Below are positions 1-12,605 of a stretch of DNA of 28,944 nt, in pieces. A program made the translations under genes and the position numbers. Each line of letters begins with the position of its first letter. The first letter of the stretch is position 1. Source of the DNA: Candidatus Odinarchaeia archaeon (GTDB taxonomy: Archaea; Asgardarchaeota; Odinarchaeia; Odinarchaeales; Odinarchaeaceae); NCBI GenBank assembly GCA_029856525.1, contig JAHQXC010000007.1:1-28944 (forward strand), given 5' to 3'. The notes under the pieces were generated by a model. That model worked only from the letters and a program-made list of their open reading frames with translations. It searched no databases and was not told the DNA's origin.

Positions 1-2148
<2,148 letters not shown>

Positions 2149-2186
2149 TTTTTTATTATTAAATAATCGGCTTTAGGGTGAGTTAA

Positions 2187-2897
2187 ATGGACGAGGGGTT
2201 AGATATAGATAAGTTAACATACGCCTTAGGAAGCGATACGAGGAGAAAAATTCTCTCCCTCCTAAGTCAAGGCGAAGACTATCCTTTCAGCCTAGCAACC
2301 AAGCTTAAACTCACCCCTAGAGCGGTTATACAAAATCTGAATATCTTAGAAGAAACAGGATTAGTCGAGAAAATAGTTAAGAAAAGCCCCTACGGTCCAC
2401 CAAGAGTATATTACAGAATAAAAAGAGGAGTTCACTTAAATATAAGTCTATCACCTAGATGTTTCAGAATCAAAATGGCGGAGTTACCTGACAAAATAGA
2501 GTCTGAGACAGATTATATAAAAGAAGCTTTAGAAGAATTTGAGAAACTCGCATTATTCAAACATAACTCAGAGGGGCTAAAGCGTATCCTAGAATTATTG
2601 AATAAAACCGAGGAGAAACTTAGAGAATTAGAGGAATTCCAGTGCAATCTCCTAAAATTAAAAGATAGAATATTCGAGGAAATTGAGAGAATCCTTCCAT
2701 CTGAAACCTCAGATATATCTTTAGCGCCTTTAATAAGATCACTTATAGAATTAGGGGGGGAAGGAGATATACTAGACTTATTGGAGTATCATAAAATATC
2801 TAAAAATAGGTTGGAGCAACTTTTAGAAATAGCTAAAAAATATAATTTAATAAAGGAGAAAAAAGTTAAGGAGGAAAAAGACTATTATACGCTGTGA
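2187..2897 (+). CDS. ArsR-family wHTH regulator with coiled coil; possibly a Phr/HSR1-like heat-shock regulator
   Basis: N-terminal ALGSDTRRKILSLL...LNILEETGLVE...RVYYRI, a helical middle and a second wHTH-like C-terminus. SD GGGTGA; directly downstream of cdc48. Phr/HSR1 regulators are linked to cdc48-type genes in Pyrococcus/Archaeoglobus. Confidence 0.8.
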   Translation: MDEGLDIDKLTYALGSDTRRKILSLLSQGEDYPFSLATKLKLTPRAVIQNLNILEETGLVEKIVKKSPYGPPRVYYRIKRGVHLNISLSPRCFRIKMAELPDKIESETDYIKEALEEFEKLALFKHNSEGLKRILELLNKTEEKLRELEEFQCNLLKLKDRIFEEIERILPSETSDISLAPLIRSLIELGGEGDILDLLEYHKISKNRLEQLLEIAKKYNLIKEKKVKEEKDYYTL

Positions 2898-2943
2898 ATA
2901 TGCGAGCTGATGGATCTATTGTATCCATAAGTATACAGGTTTA

Positions 2944-2959
2944 TTTCAAATATTTGAAA
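2944..2959. promoter_or_regulatory. Perfect 16-bp palindrome in the intergenic region upstream of lhr
   Basis: TTTCAAATATTTGAAA is its own reverse complement; function inferred only. Confidence 0.4.
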
Positions 2960-3045
2960 CCGGTAGAAAAAACCTGATTATGTGATAAAGTTAAAATTGT
3001 AAAATTTATTATTTTTAATTTTGAATTTTATCTGAGGGACTCGTT

Positions 3046-5925
3046 TTGAATGCTTTCAGTGAATTAGACGATCTGCTTAGAGAGAAACTAGAGTTATTCG
3101 GGTTTAAAACACCCACGATCACGCAGGAGAAGGCGATTCCTAAAATCCTTAAAGGGTATAATACTCTTATAATCGCGCCTACAGGTTCAGGGAAAACTGA
3201 AGCTGCAGTATTCCCTATTTTAAACGGTATACTCCAGGACAGGAAAACCGGTGAGGGAGTAACAGGGATAAAAGCCTTGTATATTACTCCTTTAAAAGCT
3301 CTTAACAGGGATATTCTTAAACGAGTGATAAAACTAGGAGAAGCGCTTAACATTAAAATAGAAGTCCGGCATGGGGACACCAGCCCGCCTACTAGGAGAA
3401 AGCAGGCTTTAAACCCGCCGGATATTCTCATACTCACACCTGAAACCTTGCAGGCGATACTTCCAGGTAAAAAAATCAGAGAACATTTAAGAGCGGTAAA
3501 ATGGGTGGTAATAGACGAGATTCATGAATTAGCTAATGATGAAAGAGGAGCCCAGCTCTCAATAGGTCTTGAAAGACTTGAACAGCTTACAGGGCGAAGA
3601 TTCCAGAGAATAGGGCTTTCAGCCACAGTTGGAGGAGCCTCGAAAATAGCTAAATTTCTAGTCGGAAACACCGGGGAAACTAAAATAATTTATCTAAGTG
3701 GTGGTAAAAAGTTCATAATACATATAGATTACGCAGAAGCCTCTGAAGAAGATTATAAACTAGCAGCGGAGATAAAGTCTACTCCTAGAATCGCTAAAGT
3801 AATCAGATTACTTGATAAACTTATACGTGAACATAAATCAGTTCTAGTATTCACCAACACAAGAGAGGCTGCGGAGATCCTCGCCTCTAAGCTAACTCAA
3901 TACAATCCTAGTTTCAATTTCGCAATTCATCACAGCTCGCTCTCTAAAGAAGTGAGGCTTGAAGCTGAATCAAAGTTTAAAGATGAGATAATAAAATGTA
4001 TAATCTGCACATCCTCTTTAGAACTGGGAATAGATATAGGAAGCATTGATCTTGTAATCCAATTCATGTCGCCTAGACAAGTCTCTAAATTAATTCAGCG
4101 CATAGGCAGAGCAGGACATAAACTCGAAACACCGTCTGAAGGATATATTATCGCAATGAATATTGACGATATTTTAGAATCCTTGTCGATATGTAAAGGT
4201 GTGCTTAAAAATAAAATTGAAGAAATAACACTCCACGAAAACAGTTTAGATGTATTATGCCATCAAATCGCTGGAATAGTACTAGATAACAGTAAAATAG
4301 AATTAGAGAAACTATACGATATAATTCGGGGATCCTATCTTTACCGTCAGATTTCTCTTGAAAAAATTAAAAAAATAGTTGAATACATGCACGATCATAA
4401 ATTAGTTTACTTAACCGGTAATCTCGTTAAAAAAAGTCGAAAAACTCTACAATACTATTATTCGAATCTTTCAATGATACCTGACGTTAAACAATACGAG
4501 GTATTAGATATTTCATCAAACCTTAAGATAGGTCGACTAGACGAAGAGTTCGTCGTCAACACGCAACCTGGAGAGGTGTTTATAGCTAAAGGTCAAGCTT
4601 GGCGTATAATATCGATAGAAGATAACTTGATAAGAGTTGAACCTGTCCCCGCTCCTACAGCAGCGGTCCCTTCATGGGAGGGAGAGCTGCTGCCTGTTCC
4701 ATATAATATTTCTAGAATGGTCGCCGCGTTCAGGGACAGATTATATAATAATCTTTCAAGTCACACTACAGGTAACCCTATTGAAACAATTAAAGAATCT
4801 CTTCTAAATAGTAGAGTAGAACAGCGAAACATCATAATAAAAGAAGACGCTTTAAAAAAAATATATGATAGCATACGCTTCTATGTAGAGAATAAAGAAC
4901 CTTATAACGGCGAGAATGATATTCTCATAGAGTCAGCTGAGAATATGATAATAGTTCATCTCTGCTACGGTAGTAAAGTGAATCAAACAATCGCGCAGTT
5001 GATAGCTGCAATACTGTTAAGTAAATTAGGTGAAAGTATAATTATTAAGTCTGATCCATACAGGGTTATAATTCAGAACGCTACAGGATTAAACTGTAAC
5101 ATGATTAAAGACGTTTTTTATGAACTTGAAACAGAACATTTAAAACCGCTTTTAGAAACCACTTTAAAGCAAACCGCTCTCTTCAACTGGAAATACGTGT
5201 ATGTTGCTAAAAGATTCGGTTTAATTGAAAAAGACGCGGATTACAGCAGCACAGATATAAAAAGACTCATCAAATACTATGATCCAATAATCATAGAGGA
5301 GACTATTCGAGAAATATTACTTGAAAAAATGGATTTGAAAAAAACTTCAGAAGTGTTAAAAAAAATTAGATCAGGAGAAATTGAGATAAAATTAAAAGAG
5401 TATAAGCGAAGTTTAAACTACGGGGAGTTTACTAATATAGCTTTAGAGAATCTAGGTGTAAGAGATTTAGTTTCACCTGAAAAACCTATAGCTGAGATTT
5501 TAAACGTGTTTAAAAAGAGATTAGAGTCCGCTAGTAAGAAGTTAATATGCTTGTACTGTGGAAAATTTGAGTCAACTCGAACCGTAGGTTCACTAGAAGA
5601 ATATCCTAAATGCCCTATTTGCAATTCAAGATACTTAGCCGCGGTTTACCCGAACGACGAGGAATCCTATCAATTAGTTAAAAAATGGAAGACAGGTCGT
5701 AGATTAGACGCAGCAGAGCAGCGTAAAATAAAAAAATTACAGGAAGTTGGAAGTCTAGTTTTAACAATGGGTAAAAAAGCTATAATGGCTTTAGCGGCTA
5801 GAGGCGTCGGCCCTCAGAGTGTTAAAAGAATTTTTTCGAAAACAAGCTTAACAGAGCGGGATATTCTACTAGAGATTCTACGAACAGAGAAAAAATATAT
5901 TGAAACAAGAGGTTTTTGGGAGTGA
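3046..5925 (+). CDS. lhr: Lhr-family SF2 helicase with C-terminal Zn ribbon
   Basis: APTGSGKT, YITPLKALNRD, DEIH, GLSATV, TSSLELGIDIG, QRIGRAGH; C-terminal CLYC...CPIC; TTG start. Confidence 0.93.
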   Translation: MNAFSELDDLLREKLELFGFKTPTITQEKAIPKILKGYNTLIIAPTGSGKTEAAVFPILNGILQDRKTGEGVTGIKALYITPLKALNRDILKRVIKLGEALNIKIEVRHGDTSPPTRRKQALNPPDILILTPETLQAILPGKKIREHLRAVKWVVIDEIHELANDERGAQLSIGLERLEQLTGRRFQRIGLSATVGGASKIAKFLVGNTGETKIIYLSGGKKFIIHIDYAEASEEDYKLAAEIKSTPRIAKVIRLLDKLIREHKSVLVFTNTREAAEILASKLTQYNPSFNFAIHHSSLSKEVRLEAESKFKDEIIKCIICTSSLELGIDIGSIDLVIQFMSPRQVSKLIQRIGRAGHKLETPSEGYIIAMNIDDILESLSICKGVLKNKIEEITLHENSLDVLCHQIAGIVLDNSKIELEKLYDIIRGSYLYRQISLEKIKKIVEYMHDHKLVYLTGNLVKKSRKTLQYYYSNLSMIPDVKQYEVLDISSNLKIGRLDEEFVVNTQPGEVFIAKGQAWRIISIEDNLIRVEPVPAPTAAVPSWEGELLPVPYNISRMVAAFRDRLYNNLSSHTTGNPIETIKESLLNSRVEQRNIIIKEDALKKIYDSIRFYVENKEPYNGENDILIESAENMIIVHLCYGSKVNQTIAQLIAAILLSKLGESIIIKSDPYRVIIQNATGLNCNMIKDVFYELETEHLKPLLETTLKQTALFNWKYVYVAKRFGLIEKDADYSSTDIKRLIKYYDPIIIEETIREILLEKMDLKKTSEVLKKIRSGEIEIKLKEYKRSLNYGEFTNIALENLGVRDLVSPEKPIAEILNVFKKRLESASKKLICLYCGKFESTRTVGSLEEYPKCPICNSRYLAAVYPNDEESYQLVKKWKTGRRLDAAEQRKIKKLQEVGSLVLTMGKKAIMALAARGVGPQSVKRIFSKTSLTERDILLEILRTEKKYIETRGFWE

Positions 5926-6021
5926 CATGACATTAATCTTAATTTCAAAAAAATCTAAAAAAAATAGTTTAGAAGCCCTGTCACAAACCACTTTAGAATA
6001 GCTTACTATGATTAAAAACTA

Positions 6022-6306
6022 CTATTCCACTTCCAATTCAAATAATATTATAGGCGTTTGAGTCTTCACATTAAATTTTTCTTTAACACCAACCACCCGC
6101 CCCTTTACAACGATATTACTAATAGGGTTAAGCATTTCAACATCCATTGTTCGACTAGTAAAAATCCGATGGCTACTCTTATCCTCAATCTTCAACGCTT
6201 CCAAAGGTAATCCTTCACGTATTAGACGCCATTCTAAAATCTCAACTAAACCACCTATACTCGGCTTAAAATCCCCTTCAAACCTGAAAATTAAATTCTT
6301 AGCCAT
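6022..6306 (-). CDS. Hypothetical protein, about 94 aa
   Basis: Fills the gap between lhr and the radical SAM gene. ATG at 6306 (MAKNLIF) preferred over TTG 6339. No family recognised. Confidence 0.7.
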   Translation of the reverse strand: MAKNLIFRFEGDFKPSIGGLVEILEWRLIREGLPLEALKIEDKSSHRIFTSRTMDVEMLNPISNIVVKGRVVGVKEKFNVKTQTPIILFELEVE

Positions 6307-6394
6307 CTTAATCAACTTTTTTATAATAAAGTTTATCAATAAAACATTTAACTGTTTCTATAAAAAATATCTTTAGAAAATCTGAGGCGTTGAA

Positions 6395-7213
6395 ATGAGT
6401 GAAATGATCAAGCTACCGCCTAGAACAGGGCAGATCATATACGGGCCAATATACTCCCGCCGTATAGGCGTGGATATAGGGATTAACCTGCTTATCCAAG
6501 AGGGTAAAACATGTAATTTTAACTGCGTATACTGCCAGTACGGTGTCACTGGGAACCCTGTAGACTATAGAAAACTAAAAAACGGATGGGTTAAACCTGA
6601 GCTAGTATATAAAGCTCTCGAAAAAACGCTTTCAAATCTATTATCTGAAAGATTTAAACTAGACGCGGTTACTTTCTCAGGGTACGGTGAACCAACACTT
6701 CACCCGAAATTTCCAAGCATAGTCGCTAAAGTTAAAGAAATAAAAGAGAATTATTATCCTACTGCTAAACTCACTTTAATCACGAATTCAAGCATGTTTA
6801 AATATAAGAGAATATTGAAAACCGCTGAGTTATTCGATCAAATACTCGCTAAACTTGACGCTGCTACTAATAAAACATTTCACTCAATTAATAGGCCGGT
6901 AAATGAAAAACTTGATATTCACACCATAATTGACAGTCTAATTATTCTATCAAGTACAGTTAAACATTTTATTATACAAACACTTTTATTCAATACAATT
7001 GATCAAAACATTACCTCCAACACGAGTATCGAGGAGATGAAAGCTTTAAGTGAAGCTATTTGTAGAATTAAACCAAGAGAGGTGCAAGTGTACACAATTG
7101 TGAGAGCCCCCGCGATAAGCGCGGTTAAACCTGCTAGTGTAAATCAATTACAGGAGCTTAAAAAATACATAGAGGAAAGATGCGGCTCTAATGTTAATGT
7201 TAAAATATATTAA
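6395..7213 (+). CDS. Radical SAM Fe-S protein (COG0731-like)
   Basis: CNFNCVYC motif, IYGPIYSRRIG N-terminus, TFSGYGEPTLHP. Confidence 0.9.
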   Translation: MSEMIKLPPRTGQIIYGPIYSRRIGVDIGINLLIQEGKTCNFNCVYCQYGVTGNPVDYRKLKNGWVKPELVYKALEKTLSNLLSERFKLDAVTFSGYGEPTLHPKFPSIVAKVKEIKENYYPTAKLTLITNSSMFKYKRILKTAELFDQILAKLDAATNKTFHSINRPVNEKLDIHTIIDSLIILSSTVKHFIIQTLLFNTIDQNITSNTSIEEMKALSEAICRIKPREVQVYTIVRAPAISAVKPASVNQLQELKKYIEERCGSNVNVKIY

Positions 7214-7220
7214 GCTATAT

Positions 7221-8369
7221 TTAATGACGGATTCTATAACTTATAACCGCTGCTAAACAAACACTTAACGCAATCATTATGTAACTGTAAGAAAATGAGC
7301 CTGTGAGATCAGTTAACCCTCCGAATAAAAGAGGAAATACTGTTACAGTGACGCCTGTCAAGCAGACTAGCAGCGTCATAGCGGTATTAGGATAATCTGG
7401 TTCAACTATTTTAGGAAGCGCCCATATAGGTCCCTGAGGAATCCAGACAAGCGCGCCTACAAACCAGCTTAAAAATAAATCGCTAATTAAATTAATTCCG
7501 GCTGAGAAAGGTAGTATACCCAGTGTTAAAGATAGTAAAGTTAATGGCACGGCTATCCATAACCCCTTCCTAGATTTTTTATCTGAGAAGTATCCTCCAA
7601 GTAACGCGAATATAATTCCAGCCAGAGAGGCCACTATCACAGTTAAATTAGCAATATTAGGGTTCACGTTTTTTTCAAATATTAGCGTTCTCGTGAAAAA
7701 AGTTAAGAATACAGTCCATGCGGCCATAGATAAACACTGAGCGATTGCGATTTTAAAAAGCTCCTTGTTTTTGAAGACTCTAACAGAGTTGACAGGCTTA
7801 TGAGAGCTGCCGGGTGTATCCGTCGTTAAGATCTGCACTATAATAGCTACGATTAAACCGTAAATAAATGTAAGAAAGAATATTCCCCTCCACCCTAAAA
7901 TACTCTCCTGCACCGGGACAGTTAAAAGGGCGGCGAGTGTCCCGATCCCGTAGCTTAAAACAATTAAAGAAGTAGCTAAAGATAATCGCTCTTTAGGATA
8001 TAAATTCGATACGATAACCACTCCAGGCGTCCAGAAGAGAATTGCACCTACCCCCGTGGTGAACCTTCCTAAGAGAACGATTTCAAATGTGAACGCTTGG
8101 CTTATTATAAGAGAACCTAATGCTACTGTAAGAGTCCCCGCTACTACTAGTTTTTTAAACCCGATTTTATCCGCGTAATATCCTACTATGAACTGGAGGA
8201 TTATCGCTGGAACCCAGTAAGCGGCCATCAACGCTCCGATGCCAATCTCTGTGATAGAGAAAACGGTTTGAAGCGTTATAGAGAGTAGAATGAAATCGAA
8301 TACCGAATAGCCGAATAACGTTCTAACAAGCATTCCAGCTAGCAGATTTCTCCCTTTAACAGTTAACAT
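7221..8369 (-). CDS. MFS transporter
   Basis: About 12 hydrophobic segments; MFS loop motifs GYYADKIGFK and GYFSDKKSRK. Confidence 0.9.
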   Translation of the reverse strand: MLTVKGRNLLAGMLVRTLFGYSVFDFILLSITLQTVFSITEIGIGALMAAYWVPAIILQFIVGYYADKIGFKKLVVAGTLTVALGSLIISQAFTFEIVLLGRFTTGVGAILFWTPGVVIVSNLYPKERLSLATSLIVLSYGIGTLAALLTVPVQESILGWRGIFFLTFIYGLIVAIIVQILTTDTPGSSHKPVNSVRVFKNKELFKIAIAQCLSMAAWTVFLTFFTRTLIFEKNVNPNIANLTVIVASLAGIIFALLGGYFSDKKSRKGLWIAVPLTLLSLTLGILPFSAGINLISDLFLSWFVGALVWIPQGPIWALPKIVEPDYPNTAMTLLVCLTGVTVTVFPLLFGGLTDLTGSFSYSYIMIALSVCLAAVISYRIRH

Positions 8370-8492
8370 AAAATCACGTGTAAAAAAATTAATCTATATT
8401 TGCCCGTGAATTGCTCAAACTCGAAGTATTATATAAATTTTTAAAAAATTATGGTTCACTTGTTTTAGAATTAATATTTAAGAATTAGATGT

Positions 8493-8834
8493 TTAAATTA
8501 GAAATAGAATTATTAATAAAGCCATGAAGATAATTATAGAGAGCGCGTTAACAAATCTGAATCTCTTAATTCTCTTCTGAACTTCTTCTATATTTCTTAA
8601 AGCCTGCTCCCTGTATAACCGGATATCATCAGAATCTAGGACTTGGCCTTCAAAACTTACAGGTTGAATTAATAAAAACTCTGGTTCAATAGGCTCATCT
8701 TCCTCTCCTAACATAGGATTATTAGAGTAGTCAACTCTCGCCTCTTCCTCACTCTCGCATAAAGGGCATAAACCTGTTCGAGGGTCAAACCATCTATCAT
8801 GAATTGGACAGTAGAGTTTTTTAACTTTCACCAT
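8493..8834 (-). CDS. Small tail-anchored membrane protein with N-terminal Zn-binding motif
   Basis: CPIH...CPLC, acidic linker, amphipathic helix, basic KRIKRFR, then one C-terminal TM helix ending at the stop. Confidence 0.75.
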   Translation of the reverse strand: MVKVKKLYCPIHDRWFDPRTGLCPLCESEEEARVDYSNNPMLGEEDEPIEPEFLLIQPVSFEGQVLDSDDIRLYREQALRNIEEVQKRIKRFRFVNALSIIIFMALLIILFLI

Positions 8835-8902
8835 ATGATGCCATCTCTACTTATGAATTTTGCTAAACATAAATAAAAAGTATACTAGGGTAGCGCTTTG
8901 AC

Positions 8903-9700
8903 TTATACTAGAAGAACCGTTCTGTTAATTAAATAGAGTGCTCCTATTAATGTAACGATTGTGAAACATAGTAGAACTATAAAGGATAATGGGATCATTA
9001 AATCCGGTGTCATCATAGAGAAACCTGGAGTGTATGGTAGTAGAAGCGCTTTCATACCTTCAACTGCGTAAGTCGCAGGGTTAACGTATGCGATGAATTG
9101 AAGCGGTGTAGGCATAGCTGGTATTGGAACTAGAGCACCGCTTGTAAAGAATAAGGGCATTGTTAAAAGAGACATTATAGCGTTTAACCCTTCGAAGGAG
9201 GTTAGTTTAATAGCTATCATAGAAGAGAGGAATGTGAAGCCTAGCCCCATTAGAAATATTAAACCGATTAAACCCAGATAAGCGAATATAGGCGTGTATG
9301 GATATGTAAAAGATGCGCCTAAAATAAACCCTCCTATTAGAACTAATACCACTTGGATAATAGATCTAAGCTGGACTCCGAGCGCTTTCCCTATGATTAT
9401 ATCTGTTCTAGCTATAGGGGCTACGGCGATTTCTTTTATCAAACCGAATACTTTATCAAAAAGTATTCCTATGCCGCCGAATAGACCGGTGAATAGAACA
9501 GTAAGCGCTATGACACCTGGAACCAGCGAAGAGAAATAAGAGAATCCTGTGAAAACCGGCATACCTGTTAGAAAAGAGTTTAAAGAGATACCGTACAAGG
9601 CGAGCCATAAAATTGGTTGAATAATTGATGAAAACAATTGTGATTTAGATCTTAGTATTTTAATAGCTTCCCGCCAGAATATGGTAGTTATATTACTCAT
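8903..9700 (-). CDS. ABC-2 type exporter permease
   Basis: Six TM segments, QPILWLALYG, VAPIARTDIIIGK, NPATYAVEG; abuts the ATPase gene. Confidence 0.92.
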   Translation of the reverse strand: MSNITTIFWREAIKILRSKSQLFSSIIQPILWLALYGISLNSFLTGMPVFTGFSYFSSLVPGVIALTVLFTGLFGGIGILFDKVFGLIKEIAVAPIARTDIIIGKALGVQLRSIIQVVLVLIGGFILGASFTYPYTPIFAYLGLIGLIFLMGLGFTFLSSMIAIKLTSFEGLNAIMSLLTMPLFFTSGALVPIPAMPTPLQFIAYVNPATYAVEGMKALLLPYTPGFSMMTPDLMIPLSFIVLLCFTIVTLIGALYLINRTVLLV

Positions 9701-10699
9701 TTATCTCATCAACCTCCCTGTTCTCCTCATAATGGTTAGATTTCTCATCCAGTCATTGCTCTCCTTAATTTCTCTACCAGTATAGAATAAGAATACATCA
9801 TCTAACGTAGGGCGTTTTAACTCGATGCTGTCAACGGTAATATTCTCCGCGTCTAATGTTTTAATCAGTTTAGGAATTGTTGCGCTGCCTTTACCTATAC
9901 TTGTAAGTATTAAACCGGTAGAGGTTTCTTTAATCTCCTTTAATAATCCTGTTGTTTTTAACACTTCGACAGCCTTCGCTTTAATCTCAGGCGTAACTTT
10001 AAGGAGTATTAAATCTTTGCCGAGCTGCGACTTCAAATTATCAGAGTTATCTATTGCGATTATCTTACCTCTATTCATTATAGCTATTCGATTAGAAAGC
10101 ATATCCGCTTCATCCATATAGTGAGTTGTCATGAATATGGTTACACCTGAGCGGTTTATCTTTCTAATCTCATCCCATATAGTTATTCTACTCTGAGGGT
10201 CCAAGCCGAGTGAGGGTTCATCTAAAAATAATACTCTAGGATTATTCATTAATCCTCTAACTATCTCTAATTTCCTTTTCATACCGCCGCTTAATGTTTT
10301 AGTGAGATTTTTCGCTTTATCCTCTAAGCCAACTACAGATAGTAATTCTTTTATTCGCTTATGCCGCTCGGCTTTCGGTATATTATAAAGCCTGCCGTGG
10401 AAGTCTAGCGTCTCCCAGACGGTGAGATCTTTATCTAATACAAGTTCTTGAAATGTTACGCCGATCATATGCCTGATTCTATTAGGGTCTTTTACCACGT
10501 CAACGCCGTCTATAAATGCTCGTCCAGCGTCTGGTTTAAGAAGAGTTGTTAAAATATTTATAGTGGTGGTTTTACCTGCTCCGTTAGGACCTAATAAACT
10601 GAATATTTCCCCTTCCTCTACGCTAAATGAAATCGAGTCTACAGCAGTTAAACCATTGAATTTTTTAACTAAATTTTCAACTTCGATGATACTCCCCAT
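9701..10699 (-). CDS. ABC exporter ATP-binding subunit (DrrA/NodI-like)
   Basis: GPNGAGKTT, LSGGMKRK, LFLDEP, H-loop TTHYMDEA. ATG at 10699 (MGSIIEV) preferred over the track start at 10756. Confidence 0.95.
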   Translation of the reverse strand: MGSIIEVENLVKKFNGLTAVDSISFSVEEGEIFSLLGPNGAGKTTTINILTTLLKPDAGRAFIDGVDVVKDPNRIRHMIGVTFQELVLDKDLTVWETLDFHGRLYNIPKAERHKRIKELLSVVGLEDKAKNLTKTLSGGMKRKLEIVRGLMNNPRVLFLDEPSLGLDPQSRITIWDEIRKINRSGVTIFMTTHYMDEADMLSNRIAIMNRGKIIAIDNSDNLKSQLGKDLILLKVTPEIKAKAVEVLKTTGLLKEIKETSTGLILTSIGKGSATIPKLIKTLDAENITVDSIELKRPTLDDVFLFYTGREIKESNDWMRNLTIMRRTGRLMR

Positions 10700-10880
10700 A
10701 ATATATCGCCGTATAATCTTGAATAGTTTAGAATGATATATTAGGTGATTCCTCACTATTTATATCAAATTCGATATAGAATATAAAATATAATATATAA
10801 ACTTTATGCAGAGTATCAAATAAGTTTTTAAAGAAAAAAATATTTATTAAACAAGTAATAGCATACAGCTGTGAACTTTT

Positions 10881-12605
10881 ATGAGCGATAAGTTATTCAA
10901 CACCCCACAGAAAGATGTTTCAATAGTGTTATGCGGGGAGGCGGGGCAAGGCATCCAGACACTAGAGTTTTTCCTGACTAGAATATTTAAAATCTCAGGC
11001 TATCATGTTTACGCTACAAAAGAGTATATGTCTCGTATAAGAGGGGGCAGCAATTCAACTCAAATAAGAGTTTCATCAGATTACGTGAGAGCCCCTGTTA
11101 GAAGAATAGATATATTTATACCACTTAATACCGAAGCGTTAAAACATTTAGAGCGAAATATAACACCTAATACAGTTATAATAGGAGATAAAGAAATCAT
11201 AAAATCCGAATATAAAATCTACAACCTGCCTTTAACTAGAATAGCAGCAGCGATAGGTGGAAGAATATACGAGAATATGATAGCGGTAGGAGTTTTATCT
11301 AAGCTGTTTAAAGTCAACCTTCAGAACGTAGAAGATTATTTGAAAAATTATTTCGCTGTAAAAGGATCTGATGTAGTAGAGAAAAATATAAGAGCCGTTG
11401 AAGAAGGCTACAATGAAGCTGATAGACTTTTCAAAGGCGCTGAAATAAATATAATGAAAAACCCTGAGGTTAGAAATCATATATTACTAAATGGAGCTGA
11501 AGCTGTAGCGCTAGGCGCAATAGCCGGCGGCTGCAATTTCATCTCGGCTTATCCTATGTCACCGTCAACAGGTGTCCTCGTATTTTTATCCCAGCATTCA
11601 AAAACATTCAACATAATAGCCGAACAGGCAGAAGATGAGATAAGCGCGATTAACATGGCGCTGGGCGCCTGGTATGCTGGAGGCAGAGCACTAGTTTCAA
11701 CCTCAGGGGGCGGGTTCTCTCTAATGACTGAGGGGTTAAGCTTAGCAGGAATGACTGAGACTCCGCTCGTGATACATTTAGCTCAACGCCCAGGCCCGGC
11801 TACAGGGCTACCGACTAGAACAGAACAGGCTGATTTAAACCTCGCTTTACACGCTGGGCACGGTGAATTCCCAAGGGTGATCCTAACCCCAAGCACAATT
11901 GAAGACGCGTTTTACTTAACGCAGAAAGCTTTCAACTTAGCTGATAAATTTCAAATACCCGTATTCGTATTAACAGACCAGTATTTAATCGATTCATATT
12001 ATAATATACCCGAGCTTAAATTAAACCAGCTAGATATCGAAAAATACGTTGTGAAAACAGGTAGAGATTATAAACGATACTTGATAACGGAGAGTGGTGT
12101 ATCACCGCGTGGAATCCCAGGTTATGGGGAAGGACTCGTAGTAGTTGACAGCGACGAACATGATGAAAACGGGCATATCACTGAAAACTTGGAATTGAGA
12201 GTTAAAATGGTTGAGAAACGTCTTAGAAAAATGGAGTTAATAGAAAAAGAGGCGCTGCCGCCTGAAATCCACGGAGAGGAAGACTATAAACATTTACTAG
12301 TAGGCTGGGGTTCAACATATCATTGTATAATAGAAGCGCTTAAACACTTGAATAGAAGAGATGTCGCCCTACTATTTTTCAAACAGGTATATCCGATTCA
12401 TAAATCAGCTTCAAGTTACCTTGAAAAAGCTGAGAAAATAATCTTTATCGAAAATAATGCTACATGCCAGTTCGGGATGCTCATCCAGCAATTCACAGGA
12501 TTTAAACCTGAAAATCAGATTTTAAGTTATAACGGATTACCTTTCACAGTAGAGGATTTAGTTGAAAAAATTGAGAGGATAATAGGCGGTGTAAATGAAA
12601 GCTAA
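10881..12605 (+). CDS. korA: 2-oxoacid:ferredoxin oxidoreductase alpha subunit (gamma-alpha fused type)
   Basis: [50 protein letters not shown]. Substrate specificity not determinable. Confidence 0.92.
   Translation: MSDKLFNTPQKDVSIVLCGEAGQGIQTLEFFLTRIFKISGYHVYATKEYMSRIRGGSNSTQIRVSSDYVRAPVRRIDIFIPLNTEALKHLERNITPNTVIIGDKEIIKSEYKIYNLPLTRIAAAIGGRIYENMIAVGVLSKLFKVNLQNVEDYLKNYFAVKGSDVVEKNIRAVEEGYNEADRLFKGAEINIMKNPEVRNHILLNGAEAVALGAIAGGCNFISAYPMSPSTGVLVFLSQHSKTFNIIAEQAEDEISAINMALGAWYAGGRALVSTSGGGFSLMTEGLSLAGMTETPLVIHLAQRPGPATGLPTRTEQADLNLALHAGHGEFPRVILTPSTIEDAFYLTQKAFNLADKFQIPVFVLTDQYLIDSYYNIPELKLNQLDIEKYVVKTGRDYKRYLITESGVSPRGIPGYGEGLVVVDSDEHDENGHITENLELRVKMVEKRLRKMELIEKEALPPEIHGEEDYKHLLVGWGSTYHCIIEALKHLNRRDVALLFFKQVYPIHKSASSYLEKAEKIIFIENNATCQFGMLIQQFTGFKPENQILSYNGLPFTVEDLVEKIERIIGGVNES

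Noticed and set aside
8493-8640. SNARE assignment for the tail-anchored protein
   Set aside because: The helical part is about 25 aa, far shorter than a SNARE motif, with no clear heptad layers.
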